64,000 nt of DNA, taken from assembly GCA_944386385.1 (NCBI GenBank), contig CALXAV010000002.1, positions 65,366 to 129,365 on the forward strand, given 5' to 3'. The notes below the pieces were generated by a model that was not told the origin of the DNA, did not search any database, and was given only the letters and a program-made list of their open reading frames with translations. Within the stretch, counting starts at the first letter, position 1. Each line of letters starts with the position of its first letter. The stretch comes from an uncultured Clostridia bacterium. Its GTDB lineage: Bacteria > Bacillota > Clostridia > TANB77 > CAG-508. This document shows, one piece after another, positions 27,827 through 38,326 of the stretch. A program made the translations under genes and the position numbers.

Positions 27827-28048
27827 CTAAATCAAACAAGCATCATACTCACGAATAAGTTTTCTAGCTTTTCGTTCAGCACGGTTCATTGAAAGTGTGC
27901 GGCTAAAGATGGCATCATAAGACCAATATGCTATTGGCTTCCACTTTTTGCCATTCTTAGATGCTTTATATAATACAACATCAGTTGTAATCCAGGCATC
28001 AAAGACGTTATAGCACCTCTTAATAGAGATAGCATAGTAATGTTGCAT
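27827..28048 (-). CDS. 73-aa hypothetical protein
   Basis: AAAGGA RBS before ATG 28048; visibly higher G+C than neighbours. Confidence 0.4.
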   Translation of the reverse strand: MQHYYAISIKRCYNVFDAWITTDVVLYKASKNGKKWKPIAYWSYDAIFSRTLSMNRAERKARKLIREYDACLI

Positions 28049-28286
28049 TTTTGTGTCCTTTCTTTTAAAAGGTTTAATAGACATAATCTTCATTACATAT
28101 TTGAACTTAGTCAATCCTCCTAAATATGAGGTTTATGTTACTAATATATTATACAAGGATATGGATAAAAAAGCAAATTAAGAAAAATCATTCCATATTT
28201 ATAGTTGGAAAAAATTCATAAAAGATTAAGAAATAATAAAAAAATTCCTAAGAATTGGATGCTATAATCTAATTGGAGGGGATAAT

Positions 28287-28961
28287 ATGGAAGATGTAAA
28301 TGGAAAAAATAAAGTAGAAAAGAAAAAAGTATTAAATGAATTAATAAAAGTATTTTGGGTATTTATAATAGGAAGTATAATAGGTTATATTGTAGAAATG
28401 ATAGTAGGAATTTTACAAAACGGTCATTTTGTATCAAGACAAGGTTTGCTTATTGGACCATTTATACAGGTGTATGGAATAGGACTAGTTAGCTATTATT
28501 TAGTAATTTCTAGAATTAAAAATATGAGTAATGTTAAAATATTTATAATATCAATGATATTAGGTGGCGTAGTAGAGTACTTATTTTCATATTTCCAAGA
28601 AAAATTATTTGGAACTATTTCTTGGGATTATAGTAATTTACCATTTAACTTAAATGGTAGAACAAGCTTATTACATTGTTTATACTGGGGAACAGGTGGA
28701 GTTCTTTTTGTTAAATTTATACTTCCATATTTAGATAGATTAGATAATTTATATAAATATAAAATCTATAAAATGGCTACAGTATTTTTAGCTTTATTTA
28801 TAGTATTTGATATTACTATTTCAGGACTAGCAGGAGCAAGGTATTTAGAAAGAAGAAAAAATATGGAAGCGAAAAGTGATATAGATGTATTTTTTGATGT
28901 TCACTATCCAGATTCAAAATTAAAAGAAATATATTCCAATGCTAAGGAGGTAAAAATATGA
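28287..28961 (+). CDS. polytopic membrane protein (putative ABC-transporter type IV / DUF1113-like)
   Basis: Multiple TM segments; 'WDYS..PFNLNGR.SL' motif. Confidence 0.5.
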   Translation: MEDVNGKNKVEKKKVLNELIKVFWVFIIGSIIGYIVEMIVGILQNGHFVSRQGLLIGPFIQVYGIGLVSYYLVISRIKNMSNVKIFIISMILGGVVEYLFSYFQEKLFGTISWDYSNLPFNLNGRTSLLHCLYWGTGGVLFVKFILPYLDRLDNLYKYKIYKMATVFLALFIVFDITISGLAGARYLERRKNMEAKSDIDVFFDVHYPDSKLKEIYSNAKEVKI

Positions 28962-29689
28962 GTTATAGCAAGAAAATTAAAGCTTTTAAGATAGTTATAT
29001 TTATTATTACTATATTATTATTAGTTGGTTTAACTCTATATTTGTTTCCTATAATTTCTAAACTTTTTAGTGTAGAAGGAAGGGAAGCTTTTAAACAAGA
29101 AATGGAACAATCAGGAACTATGGGAATGTTTATGCTATTAGGACTTCAAGCTTCACAAATATTTTTACCAATACTTCCAGGAGAGCCAATAGAAATTTTA
29201 GCAGGGATGTGTTATGGAACAGTAGGTGGTTTTATATTTATTACTTTTTCGGTACTTATTACTACAACTATAATATTCTTTCTTGTTAGAAAGTTTGGAA
29301 GAGACTTCGTATATAGTATTTGTAGTAAAGAAAGAATAGAAAAAATAGAAAATAGTAAATTATTTAAAAATCCAAAAAAGCTAGAATACATTATGCTTAT
29401 ATTGTTTCTAATTCCTGGAACACCAAAAGATATATTAGTATATTTAGCAGGTTTGCTTCCAATAAAGCCACTAAGATTTATTCTAATCTCAACATTTGTG
29501 AGATTTCCATCTGTAATTTCTTCTACTATTGCTGGTTCAAATTTAGTAGAAGGAAATTGGCAATTTAGTATATTGGTTTATGGAATTACTTTTGCAATAG
29601 TTGGAATAGTAGTTCTTATTATGAGAAAAGTAGACAAGTCAGGCTTAACTACAAGTATTATACAAACTGTTTCTGAAAGTAATAAATAG
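28958..29689 (+). CDS. TVP38/TMEM64 (DedA-related) family membrane protein
   Basis: 'LPILPGEPIEILAGMCYG...LIPGTPKD'. Confidence 0.7.
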   Translation: MSYSKKIKAFKIVIFIITILLLVGLTLYLFPIISKLFSVEGREAFKQEMEQSGTMGMFMLLGLQASQIFLPILPGEPIEILAGMCYGTVGGFIFITFSVLITTTIIFFLVRKFGRDFVYSICSKERIEKIENSKLFKNPKKLEYIMLILFLIPGTPKDILVYLAGLLPIKPLRFILISTFVRFPSVISSTIAGSNLVEGNWQFSILVYGITFAIVGIVVLIMRKVDKSGLTTSIIQTVSESNK

Positions 29690-29775
29690 TGCTAATTGTA
29701 GAAGAAACAATTAGCACTAAAAACCCCTTTATTTTGAGAGAGTAGTTATATTGATAATTACTCTCATTTGTGTTA
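29688..29775 (+). repeat. two-hairpin intergenic module, copy 1
   Basis: AGTGCTAATTGT..ACAATTAGCACT, CCCCTTTATTTT, then hairpin GAGAGTAGTTAT..ATAATTACTCTC. Confidence 0.7.
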
Positions 29776-30044
29776 TTATTCTAAAAAATAATAGTAATTT
29801 TAAGGAGCAATGAAATGGAAAAATGGTTAAAATGGGCAATTGAAATACAAAGTTTAGCACAAGCAGGACTTGAAATAAGGCAACCGCAATCCCATTGGCT
29901 TTAGACGATGGGTCGAGGTTGCCAAAAGTATATTTTCTGTGTTATACTATCGGTATTGATAAATCAAAAAACAGAAAAAAATATTTACTACAATGTCATA
30001 TTATTTTTTTATGTAAGTATAGAAAAAAGGAGGTGACAGTTAAA

Positions 30045-31148
30045 ATGTTAAAAACATATAAATATAGAATATATCCCAATAAAGAGCAGAAAGAACAGAT
30101 AGTAAAAACATTTGGCTGTTGCCGTTTTGTTTATAATCAAACATTAGCATATCGAAAAGAATGTTATGAGAAAGAGAAGAAAACTGTTAGTAAAATAGAC
30201 TGCAACAATTATTGTAACAGAAAGTTAAAGAAAGAATACGAATGGCTAAAGGATGTGGATAAGTTTGCTTTAACTAATGCAATATATAATATGGATACTG
30301 CCTATCAGAAATTTTTCAAAGAAAATGCAGGGTATCCAAAGTTTAAAAGTAAGCATGATAACCATAAATCATATACTACGAATTATACTAATGGAAATAT
30401 AACTGTAGATTATGAGAATGGAAAAATAAAACTACCAAAATTAAAGAAAGTAAAATCAAAATTACACAGAAAATTTAATGGGCAGATAAAATCAGTAACA
30501 GTATCGCAAGTTCCAAGTGGGAAATACTATGTGTCAATATTAGTAGAAACAGAGCATGAAGAATTACCACATACAAAACAAAATATAGGATTAGATTTGG
30601 GAATTAAGGATTTATGTATTACATCAGAAGGAGAGAAATATGAAAATCCAAAGACAATAAAGAAATACGAGAGAAAACTTTCAAGGAAACAAAGAGAGTT
30701 AGCACATAAGAAAAAAGGAAGTAAAAATTACCAAAAGAAGAAAAAAGAAATAGCATTATGTCACGAGAAAATAAATAACATTAGAAAAGATTATCTGCAT
30801 AAAGTTTCTAATAAGATTATCAGCGAAAACCAAGTGATAGTTACAGAAAATTTACAGATAAAGAATATGGTAAAAAATCATCATCTGGCAAAATCAATAA
30901 TAGATGCATCATGGAATGAGCTTACAAGACAATTAGAATATAAGGCTAAATGGAATGGAAGAAAGTATATTAAAATAGATACTTTTTATGCTAGTAGTCA
31001 GCTATGTTCTGTATGTGGATATCAGAATGTAGATACAAAAGATTTATCAGTTAGGGAATGGACATGTCCTAAGTGCAAAACAAAACATGACAGGGATATA
31101 AATGCTGCGACAAATATCCTAATGGAAGGATTAAGAAAAATAGCATAG
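30045..31148 (+). CDS. tnpB: TnpB (IS605 OrfB-type RNA-guided nuclease)
   Basis: '[15 protein letters not shown]' N-terminus, zinc finger 'CSVCGY...[18 protein letters not shown]'; GGAGGTG RBS. Confidence 0.9.
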   Translation: MLKTYKYRIYPNKEQKEQIVKTFGCCRFVYNQTLAYRKECYEKEKKTVSKIDCNNYCNRKLKKEYEWLKDVDKFALTNAIYNMDTAYQKFFKENAGYPKFKSKHDNHKSYTTNYTNGNITVDYENGKIKLPKLKKVKSKLHRKFNGQIKSVTVSQVPSGKYYVSILVETEHEELPHTKQNIGLDLGIKDLCITSEGEKYENPKTIKKYERKLSRKQRELAHKKKGSKNYQKKKKEIALCHEKINNIRKDYLHKVSNKIISENQVIVTENLQIKNMVKNHHLAKSIIDASWNELTRQLEYKAKWNGRKYIKIDTFYASSQLCSVCGYQNVDTKDLSVREWTCPKCKTKHDRDINAATNILMEGLRKIA

Positions 31149-31252
31149 AGAAAAAATATAGGGCAGGGACTGCCCGAATCAACGCCTGTGGAGATAGTAG
31201 GTTACGAGGTCTATGAAGCAGGAAGCCCATTGGCTTTAGACAATGGGTAGTT
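31050..31252 (+). ncRNA. putative omega/reRNA scaffold of TnpB
   Basis: By position only: 3' end of tnpB to the right end including the RE hairpin. Confidence 0.35.
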
Positions 31253-32013
31253 CACTATACAGATCATGTTTATGATATAGAAAGATATGAAAGATTACGA
31301 GAAATATCAGCAGAAATAATTTCAGAAAAAACAAATTTAAATATGGAAAAGGTAAAAGGTTTGTTTTGCAATGAAACTGCTTATCAAACACCTAAAATAG
31401 ATACAAGAGCAGCTATATTTAAAGATAATAAAATTTTGTTGGTTCATGAAAACAATGGAACTTGGTCTTTACCAGGTGGATGGTGTGATGTTTTAGAAAC
31501 TGTAAAAACAAATACAATAAAAGAAGTAAAAGAAGAAACAGGCTTAGATGTAGAAACTATTAAAATAATATCTATACAAGATAGAAATAAACATAACAAG
31601 CCTATATATGCATATGGAGTATGTAAAATTTTTGTACTATGTAATGTTATAGGAGGAGAATTTGTAGAAAATATAGAAACAACAGAAATTGAGTATTTCC
31701 CATTAGATGAGTTGCCAAATAGCTTAGCAGAAGAAAAGACAACGAAAGAACAAATAGAGATGTGTTTTAAAGCATATAAAGATGAAAATTGGCAAGTTCA
31801 GTTTGATTAGAAAATTAATAAATTGTAAAAGAGATTAACTATGTTGGAATATAGAATATGCAAAAAAATAGTAATTTGTCTAGAAGGTTAAAAAATATCT
31901 ATAAATTTAATAAAATTTATAGACAAGATTAAAATAATATTGTAAAATAACTGATATAGGAAATGAGAATAAGCAGATGTGGTTTGCCTCCTACATAAGA
32001 GGAGGTGAGGCGT

Positions 32014-32136
32014 ATGGTAGAAATAAAAGCATTATTATTAATAATAAAAATACTTTTTACTGGTCTAGTATCAGTAACTATCATTACGTTTGCCTTAATT
32101 ATTGCATTAGTAGTAATTATTAGCAAACAAAAATAA
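32014..32136 (+). CDS. 40-aa hydrophobic peptide, candidate type I toxin
   Basis: GAGGAGGTGAGG SD partly paired with upstream CCTCC; 'MVEIKALLLIIKILFTGLVSVTIITFALIIALVVIISKQK'. Confidence 0.5.
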   Translation: MVEIKALLLIIKILFTGLVSVTIITFALIIALVVIISKQK

Positions 32137-32141
32137 CCAAT

Positions 32142-32180
32142 AAAAAACACATCTGTTATATCTGGGAGATGTGTTTTTTA
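32142..32180. terminator. bidirectional terminator
   Basis: AACACATCT / AGATGTGTT stem flanked by A-run and T-run. Confidence 0.7.
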
Positions 32181-32221
32181 CATATAACCAGGTAAACCAC
32201 TTTGTGGTTTCTCCATTTCCT
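32142..32221 (-). ncRNA. putative convergent antisense sRNA (candidate antitoxin)
   Basis: Minus-strand TTGACT (32252-32257), 18 nt, TATAAT (32228-32233); internal hairpin AAACCAC/GTGGTTT; ends at the shared terminator. Confidence 0.35.
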
Positions 32222-32292
32222 ATATTTATTATAATTCATTCATAAGTAAAAAGTCAAGAAAAATAGTAAAATATTTTATAGGTGGTTAAAGA

Positions 32293-32640
32293 ATGAAAAT
32301 AAGTGATTTGAATCCAGAATATGATAAATTACAACAAGAATATGGAGCTAAAGAATTAAGAGCTATATATAATGGTGGTTGTACAAATAATCCAGATATT
32401 TGTTTTGTGTTTATGAATCCAACTGGAAGGAACATTGCATCTAGCCCTAATTGGAAAGGTAGAAGATCCCCATGGATAGGAACTAAAAATATATGGAAAT
32501 TATTTAATAGAATTGGATTTAATCCTAAGATAATTTGGTGTAATAATCATCCCTACAAATTTATAAAAATTATTTATAACCTACAAGATATTGTGGGTTA
32601 TATTTTTTGTTGCATAGGAAATATCACCAAATTGTTTTAA
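32293..32640 (+). pseudogene. uracil-DNA glycosylase superfamily gene, 3'-truncated near 32520
   Basis: 'PDICFVFMNPTGRN...SPWIGTKNIWKLF' then unrelated sequence running into repeat copy B. Confidence 0.55.
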
Positions 32641-32712
32641 AATGTTAATAAAAACTAAAAATTTCTTTTTTGTTTAAAATACTTGCGAAATTCTCATTTT
32701 CTATGATATAAA
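32605..32712 (+). repeat. intergenic repeat copy B with promoter-like 3' part
   Basis: Same 23+12-nt blocks as 19808-19897; TTGCGA (32683-88), 18 nt, TATAAA. Confidence 0.85.
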
Positions 32713-32793
32713 TGTTAAATGTATGAGAAAGTAAATTATATAAAAGATGTAGGAGATGTAATGGCGGAAAATAAAAAATATGGAGGTAACTAA

Positions 32794-33289
32794 ATGAAAG
32801 TAATTAGTAAACAAAAAAATAGTAAAATGTGTGCAATATGCGGAATGGATAATAAATATGGTTTACATGCTCGGGTTTTATAATATGGAAGATGGAAGTG
32901 TTATGACAAAATTTAAATATAGAAAAGAACATCAAAGTTATCCAGGAAGAGTGCATGGAGGATTAATTACAGCAATGCTAGATGAAATGGGTTTAAGAGC
33001 TTTATGGGCTAAAGAAGGAAATGATGAACAAATGGGGGTAACTATGTCATTAGATACAAAGTATAGAAAACCAGTACCATATGATACAGAGTTAATAGGA
33101 AGAGGAGTAGTGATAAAAAACAATAAGAAATTCTTGGTTGTAGAGTCTGAAATCTTGGATTTAGAAGGCAATGTACTTGCAAATGGAACTATTAAATATA
33201 TAAAATTAGATGCCAATAAAATAAAAGAAGGAATAGAAATGCACGAAGAAATGTGCTACTTAATAGAAGATGATGTAAAAGAAATCTAG
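32794..33289 (+). pseudogene. PaaI/hotdog-fold thioesterase with N-terminal Cys motif, frame broken in GGG at 32873-32875
   Basis: 'KMCAICGMDNKYGLHAR|FYNMEDGS...GRVHGGLITAMLDE' restored by removing one G. Confidence 0.7.
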
Positions 33290-33360
33290 TTATTACTAGG
33301 TTTCTTTTATAATATATGATATAATTATTATATTAATTTGAATGTTTATGGGGGGTTTCT

Positions 33361-34038
33361 ATGGGAGATTTAGTATCAGTTGGGATATTAGGAATTTTAA
33401 CTATAATATTTATTGTTATTACTATTTCTTTGATAGTATTAACAATAGTATTTGGTATTATTAGAGCTGTCAAAAAGAAATTTAAGAAGACTTTTGTAAC
33501 TTTATTAATAGTTATGATATTATTTGGAGTTGTTGATTTCTTTATGATAAGTAATTTGATAGATAATTTTAACAAAATGGGCAAACAAGAAATAGATAAA
33601 GTAATTTTAAGTGATAATCCAATTAAGCAATTGTTTATGTCAGACGAAGAAAAAATAGAAATAATTTCTGATAATATTATAAAAAGTATAAAAACAAAAG
33701 ATTATGAAACTATAAAAAATATCTTTTCAAAAGATACAATAGAAAATGTTCAAAATTTAGATGAGGGAATAAATGAATTAATTAATATATCAAATGAAGG
33801 TATCATTAATGTAGAGTCAAAAATGAATGGCTCAGAAACACATTGGGATAATGGAGAACATAGTAAAACATATAGATTTTCTTGTGATCTAACAACTAAT
33901 ACAAAAGAATATTCAATAGGCTTTATATATGATTACGAAAACCCATTTAATAATAGAACATTAGGTATAAATCGTATGATAATTATTGATGAAAATAAAA
34001 ATACTATAGTTTTAATAGAAAATAGCAATGAAAATTAA
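33361..34038 (+). CDS. membrane-anchored protein; N-domain paralogous to 37453-38256
   Basis: Shared 'LTIVFG.IR.VKKKF.KTF..LLI' TM region. Confidence 0.55.
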   Translation: MGDLVSVGILGILTIIFIVITISLIVLTIVFGIIRAVKKKFKKTFVTLLIVMILFGVVDFFMISNLIDNFNKMGKQEIDKVILSDNPIKQLFMSDEEKIEIISDNIIKSIKTKDYETIKNIFSKDTIENVQNLDEGINELINISNEGIINVESKMNGSETHWDNGEHSKTYRFSCDLTTNTKEYSIGFIYDYENPFNNRTLGINRMIIIDENKNTIVLIENSNEN

Positions 34039-34059
34039 GAGAGTGATAGGAGAATAGTC

Positions 34060-34717
34060 ATGAATAAAAAAACTATAATTTTTTTAATCGTATGTGTTAT
34101 TATAATTTCTTTTATTATAGGATTTTTGTATCTATTTAATATAATACCGCATAAAAAATATAGCAATAGCGATTTTAATATAGAACAATACATAAGTAAA
34201 ATAGATAAAGATAGTGATGGAATAGATGATCAAACAGATATATTAAACAATGTAAGAAAATATATTCAAACAAATCCTAAATATAAAAGTAAATATTATG
34301 AAACTGGTTATCCAGATGATGAATATGGAGTTTGCACTGATGTTGTTGCATTTGGTTTAAAAGACGCTGGATATGATTTAATGGAACTAGTAAATGAAGA
34401 TATTATAAATCATCAAGAAAATTATGATATTGAGGTTATAGATAAAAATATAGATTTTAGAAGAGTAAGAAATTTAAATACATATTTTAAAAATAATCAT
34501 ATCTCATTAACAACTGACATTTCAAAAATAGAAGAATGGCAAGGTGGAGATATAGTTGTATTTAGAGAACATATAGGAATAATATCAGATAATAGAAACA
34601 AAAGACGGTATCCCTTTTCTAATTCATCATGCAAACCCAATACAAATGAATTATGAAGAGGATATTTTAGAATTATATGGAACAGATTCTATAATAGGAC
34701 ATTATAGAATTAGTTAA
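34060..34717 (+). pseudogene. DUF1287-family protein, frame broken in the A-run at 34600-34603
   Basis: 'GDIVVFREHIGIISDNRNK|DGIPFLIHHANPIQ...IIGHYRIS' restored by a 1-nt change. Confidence 0.65.
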
Positions 34718-34787
34718 ATCAAAATGATATGTAGCAAGTTGTTATAAATAAAAATAATAATTTTTCTTCAAATGGGGGAATAGATTT

Positions 34788-35459
34788 GTGAGAAAGTTAG
34801 ATAATGAATTAAAAAATAGAAAATTAAATATTAATAAACTATTAGAATATGGATTTATAAGAGAAAAAGAAGATTACATCTATAGAACTAAAATACATAG
34901 TGGCCAGTTTGAAATGATTGTAGAAGCAAAAAATTCTGGAATTACCTAAAGATTAATTGATTTGGAAAACAAAGATGAGTATATTTTAGTAGATATTCAA
35001 GATAGTATAGGAGAATTTGTTGGAAAACTTAGAGAAGAATATGAAAATGAATTAAAGAATATTATAGAAAAATGTACTGTCCCAAATGTATTTAAAAGTG
35101 AACAATCAAAAGAGATAATTAAATATATAAAAGAAAAATATAATGATGATTTAGAATTCTTATGGAAAAAGTTTCCCAAAAATGCAATATGGAGAAATAA
35201 GGCTAATAAAAAATGGTATGGTGCTTTACTTGTTCTACAAAAAAGAAAGTTGAAGATTGATTCTGAAGAAATAATAGATATTATAGATTTGAGATACCAA
35301 AAAGAAAGAATAAAAGATATTATAGATAATGATAAAGTGTTTCCAGGCTATCACATGAATAAAAATAGTTGGATTACAATAAAACTTGATAACAGTGTTG
35401 AGACTGAAAGAATATTTGAGTTGATAGATAATAGTTATAATTTATCATTAAATCTATAA
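34788..35459 (+). pseudogene. MmcQ/YjbR-family protein with in-frame TAA at 34947-34949
   Basis: GTG 34788 frame continues across the stop into ORF 34962-35459; C-domain 'WYGALL...FPGYHMNKNSWITI'. Confidence 0.55.
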
Positions 35460-35546
35460 ACTATTAAAAAGATATAAAGATAATTTTGGTAAATGAGAAA
35501 AATAATAATTATGCGTGTTATGATAATTTGTATAGGAGAGATAAAT

Positions 35547-36068
35547 ATGGTAATTCTAATTTCTGGAACATCACACACAGGGAAAACTTTGTTAGCACAA
35601 AAATTGTTAGAAGAATATAAATACCCTTACTTATCAATAGACCATTTGAAAATGGGGTTAATTAGAAGCGGAAATACAAATTTAACAGTAGAAGATGATG
35701 AGGAACTAACAAAATATTTGTGGAATATTGTTAAAGAAATAATAAAGACAAATATAGAAAACAATCAAAATATAATAATAGAAGGATGTTATATACCTTT
35801 CGATTGGAAAAAAGATTTTGAAGAAGAATATATAAGCAATATACAATATGTTTGTTTAATAATGACAGAAAAATATATAAAAAATAATTATGAAAAAATT
35901 AAAAATAATGAAAACGTTATAGAAAACAGAAAAGAACAAGGTAATATAGATATAAATAAACTTATAGAAAGTAATAATTATAATTTGCAAATGTCTAAAA
36001 AATATGATAATAAATATATATTAATAGATGATAAATATAATATTAATTATTTACTTAGTAATGTTTAA
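35547..36068 (+). CDS. P-loop NTPase (kinase-like)
   Basis: Walker A 'GTSHTGKT'; RBS before ATG 35547. Confidence 0.6.
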   Translation: MVILISGTSHTGKTLLAQKLLEEYKYPYLSIDHLKMGLIRSGNTNLTVEDDEELTKYLWNIVKEIIKTNIENNQNIIIEGCYIPFDWKKDFEEEYISNIQYVCLIMTEKYIKNNYEKIKNNENVIENRKEQGNIDINKLIESNNYNLQMSKKYDNKYILIDDKYNINYLLSNV

Positions 36069-36080
36069 GGAGAAAAGAAA

Positions 36081-36266
36081 ATGAATAAAAGATTAAAAAT
36101 AGTATTAGAAAATTGTCCACAAAATCATAAATGCCCAGCGGTAAAGATTTGTCCAGTAGGAGCATTGTCACAAAAAGATTTTGAAGCACCAGTAGTAGAC
36201 TATGATAAATGTATAAGTTGCGGGAAATGTTCAAATCTATGTAAGAATAAAGCACTAATATTATAA
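36081..36266 (+). CDS. small 4Fe-4S ferredoxin-type protein
   Basis: 'CISCGKCSNLC' plus upstream Cys-Pro motifs. Confidence 0.6.
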   Translation: MNKRLKIVLENCPQNHKCPAVKICPVGALSQKDFEAPVVDYDKCISCGKCSNLCKNKALIL

Positions 36267-36367
36267 AAAATAAATAAATTTACAAAACGTTTACAATTAG
36301 GATACTTATTAGTTACTTTTTATATCTATAATAAATACAACTTAAGAAATTTAATTAATCTTAAGTT

Positions 36368-36447
36368 TGCTTATAAAAAAGCATAGAAAACATCCCCTTT
36401 TATTTTCAAAGAGAACTACTTTTTAATAGTAGTTCTCATTTTTTTCT
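36368..36447 (+). repeat. two-hairpin intergenic module, copy 2
   Basis: CATCCCCTTTTATTTTCA identical to the copy at 63752-63769; hairpin GAGAACTACT..AGTAGTTCTC plus T-run. Confidence 0.7.
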
Positions 36448-36536
36448 TAAGAATTTGATATTTGATTGATAATAATATTTGGTTATGATAATATTAAGAA
36501 AAATATTAATTTGTTGTTATGATGAAAGGAAAATTA

Positions 36537-37391
36537 ATGGTATTTATGAAAAAGGAAGAAATAATTATATGCAGTAGTATTATAATGAGTTGTTTGTTAT
36601 TAATTTATTTTTACTATGAAAATACAACATTACAAATAACTAATTATAGTATATCAAGTAGTAAAATTCCAAATGAATTTAATGATTACAAGATAATCCA
36701 AATATCAGATTATCATAATGAAAGATCAAACAGATTAAATAAATTTTTAATAGAAAAATTAAAAAATGAGAAACCTGATATTATTGTTATAACAGGAGAT
36801 TTTATTGATCCAAATAGAATGCATATGGAGCAATCTATAAATTTTGTAAAAGAAATTAAAGGAATTGCTCCAATATATTATGTATCAGGAAATCATGAAG
36901 CAAAAATTTCTAACTATGAGGAATGGAAAAATCTATTAGAAGAACAAGAAGTTATAATTTTAGAAAATGAAACAAAAATTATAGAAAAAGAAAATAGTAA
37001 AATAAATATAATAGGAATAAATGATCCAAAAATGGCTCATGAAAAATCAGTTAAAAACTCAACTATTATAAATAAAGAGTTAGAAATAAGTAATTATAAT
37101 AAAGATTTATTTTCAATACTTTTATCACATAGACCAGAATTATTTAGAACTTATGTAGAAAATAATATTGATTTAGTATTAACAGGTCATGCTCATGGTG
37201 GGCAAATTAGAATCCCATCCATTGGGGGAATTGTTGCACCTAATCAAGGATTATTCCCTAAATATACGAGTGGATTATTTACAGAGAATAATACTAATAT
37301 GATAATAAGTAGGGGAATTGGAAATAGTATAATACCTTTTAGAATAAATAATCGACCAGAATTAGTTGTTATTACTTTAAAAACTAATTAA
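36537..37391 (+). CDS. metallophosphoesterase (YkuE-like), membrane anchored
   Basis: 'SDYHNE', 'GDFID', 'GNHE', 'GHAHGGQ'; start uncertain (36519-36546). Confidence 0.8.
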   Translation: MVFMKKEEIIICSSIIMSCLLLIYFYYENTTLQITNYSISSSKIPNEFNDYKIIQISDYHNERSNRLNKFLIEKLKNEKPDIIVITGDFIDPNRMHMEQSINFVKEIKGIAPIYYVSGNHEAKISNYEEWKNLLEEQEVIILENETKIIEKENSKINIIGINDPKMAHEKSVKNSTIINKELEISNYNKDLFSILLSHRPELFRTYVENNIDLVLTGHAHGGQIRIPSIGGIVAPNQGLFPKYTSGLFTENNTNMIISRGIGNSIIPFRINNRPELVVITLKTN

Positions 37392-37452
37392 AAAAACAAA
37401 TTACAATTTAGTAGTTTGATATAAAAATAGTAATTTATATGGGGGATTGTTT

Positions 37453-38256
37453 ATGGCTGCTTTAACAGTAATTCCTTTAATAGGAACATTAGGAATATTA
37501 TTTATAGTATTTAATGTAATGATTATTACATTACTAATATTAACAATAGTATTTGGAGTAATAAGATTAGTAAAAAAGAAATTTACAAAAACATTTATAA
37601 TATTGCTAATTCTAACAATTATTCTTGCGTTTATAGACTATAAAATTATAAATAATTTTGCAAATTACGATGAAATACAAAGACAAGAACAGATAAAAGA
37701 AGAAGGAGAAGAACTAATTGCAATAAAAGATTATGATTATAATAAAGTAGAACAATATTTAAATAATGGTTGGAATCCTAATGAAACGACAAAAGCTATA
37801 TATTATGCAATAAAATATAACCCTGATGAAAACAAAGAAAAAGATGAATGGAGTATATTAGAATTGTTACTAAAAAATGGGGCAAATCCAGATGTGCAAA
37901 TTTATGAAAAACCACAAGGAGTTAATACTCCACTTACTTATACAACAGAATGTGGATATTATGGTGCGACAAAATTATTACTCGAAAATGGTGCTGATCC
38001 AAATTACCAAGAATCTGATATGAATAAAAACGGATTACTTGCTTTAAGATTTTATGATAATGATAAGGCAGCAGAAACATTACAACTGTTATTAGACTAT
38101 GGAACAGATTTAGATATAAGAACAAATGTAGGATATGGAGTAGATGAATCAGGTAGAGAAGAACTGAAAAATTTTGAAAATGAATATAGTAAAGTCAAAG
38201 AAAATGTGCCAGATTATGATGAAATAGTAAAAATAATAGATAATTTAAATTTATAG
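37453..38256 (+). CDS. membrane-anchored ankyrin-repeat protein
   Basis: 'LLKNGANPD', 'LLLENGADPN', 'LLLDYGTDLD' repeats. Confidence 0.65.
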   Translation: MAALTVIPLIGTLGILFIVFNVMIITLLILTIVFGVIRLVKKKFTKTFIILLILTIILAFIDYKIINNFANYDEIQRQEQIKEEGEELIAIKDYDYNKVEQYLNNGWNPNETTKAIYYAIKYNPDENKEKDEWSILELLLKNGANPDVQIYEKPQGVNTPLTYTTECGYYGATKLLLENGADPNYQESDMNKNGLLALRFYDNDKAAETLQLLLDYGTDLDIRTNVGYGVDESGREELKNFENEYSKVKENVPDYDEIVKIIDNLNL

Positions 38257-38326
38257 ATAAAAAATTGATAATTTGTTCTCATTTATGATATTATAAAACA
38301 AATAAAATGATAAAAGGGGAAATTTT

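Larger units (their letters stand above)
29872..31252 (+). mobile_element. IS200/IS605-family element carrying tnpB only (boundaries +/-2 nt)
   Basis: Subterminal hairpins CCCATTGGCTTTAGAC(G/A)ATGGG near both ends (29891-29912, 31226-31247); excision restores the Nudix frame. Confidence 0.8.
29815..31810 (+). pseudogene. Nudix hydrolase gene interrupted by the TnpB element (exons 29815-29871 and 31253-31810)
   Basis: 'MEKWLKWAIEIQSLAQAGL' joins in frame with 'HYTDHVYDIERYERLREISAEI...'; Nudix box 'GGWCDVLETVKTNTIKEVKEETGL'. Confidence 0.8.

Noticed and set aside
29895-30044. 50-codon N-terminal extension of the TnpB ORF ([10 protein letters not shown]...)
   Set aside because: The extension begins inside the left-end hairpin. 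The ATG at 30045 has a GGAGGTG SD and gives the canonical [11 protein letters not shown] start.
34947-34949. In-frame TAA as evidence for stop-codon reassignment
   Set aside because: TAA terminates the majority of well-supported genes in the window, so a nonsense mutation or sequencing error is the simpler reading.
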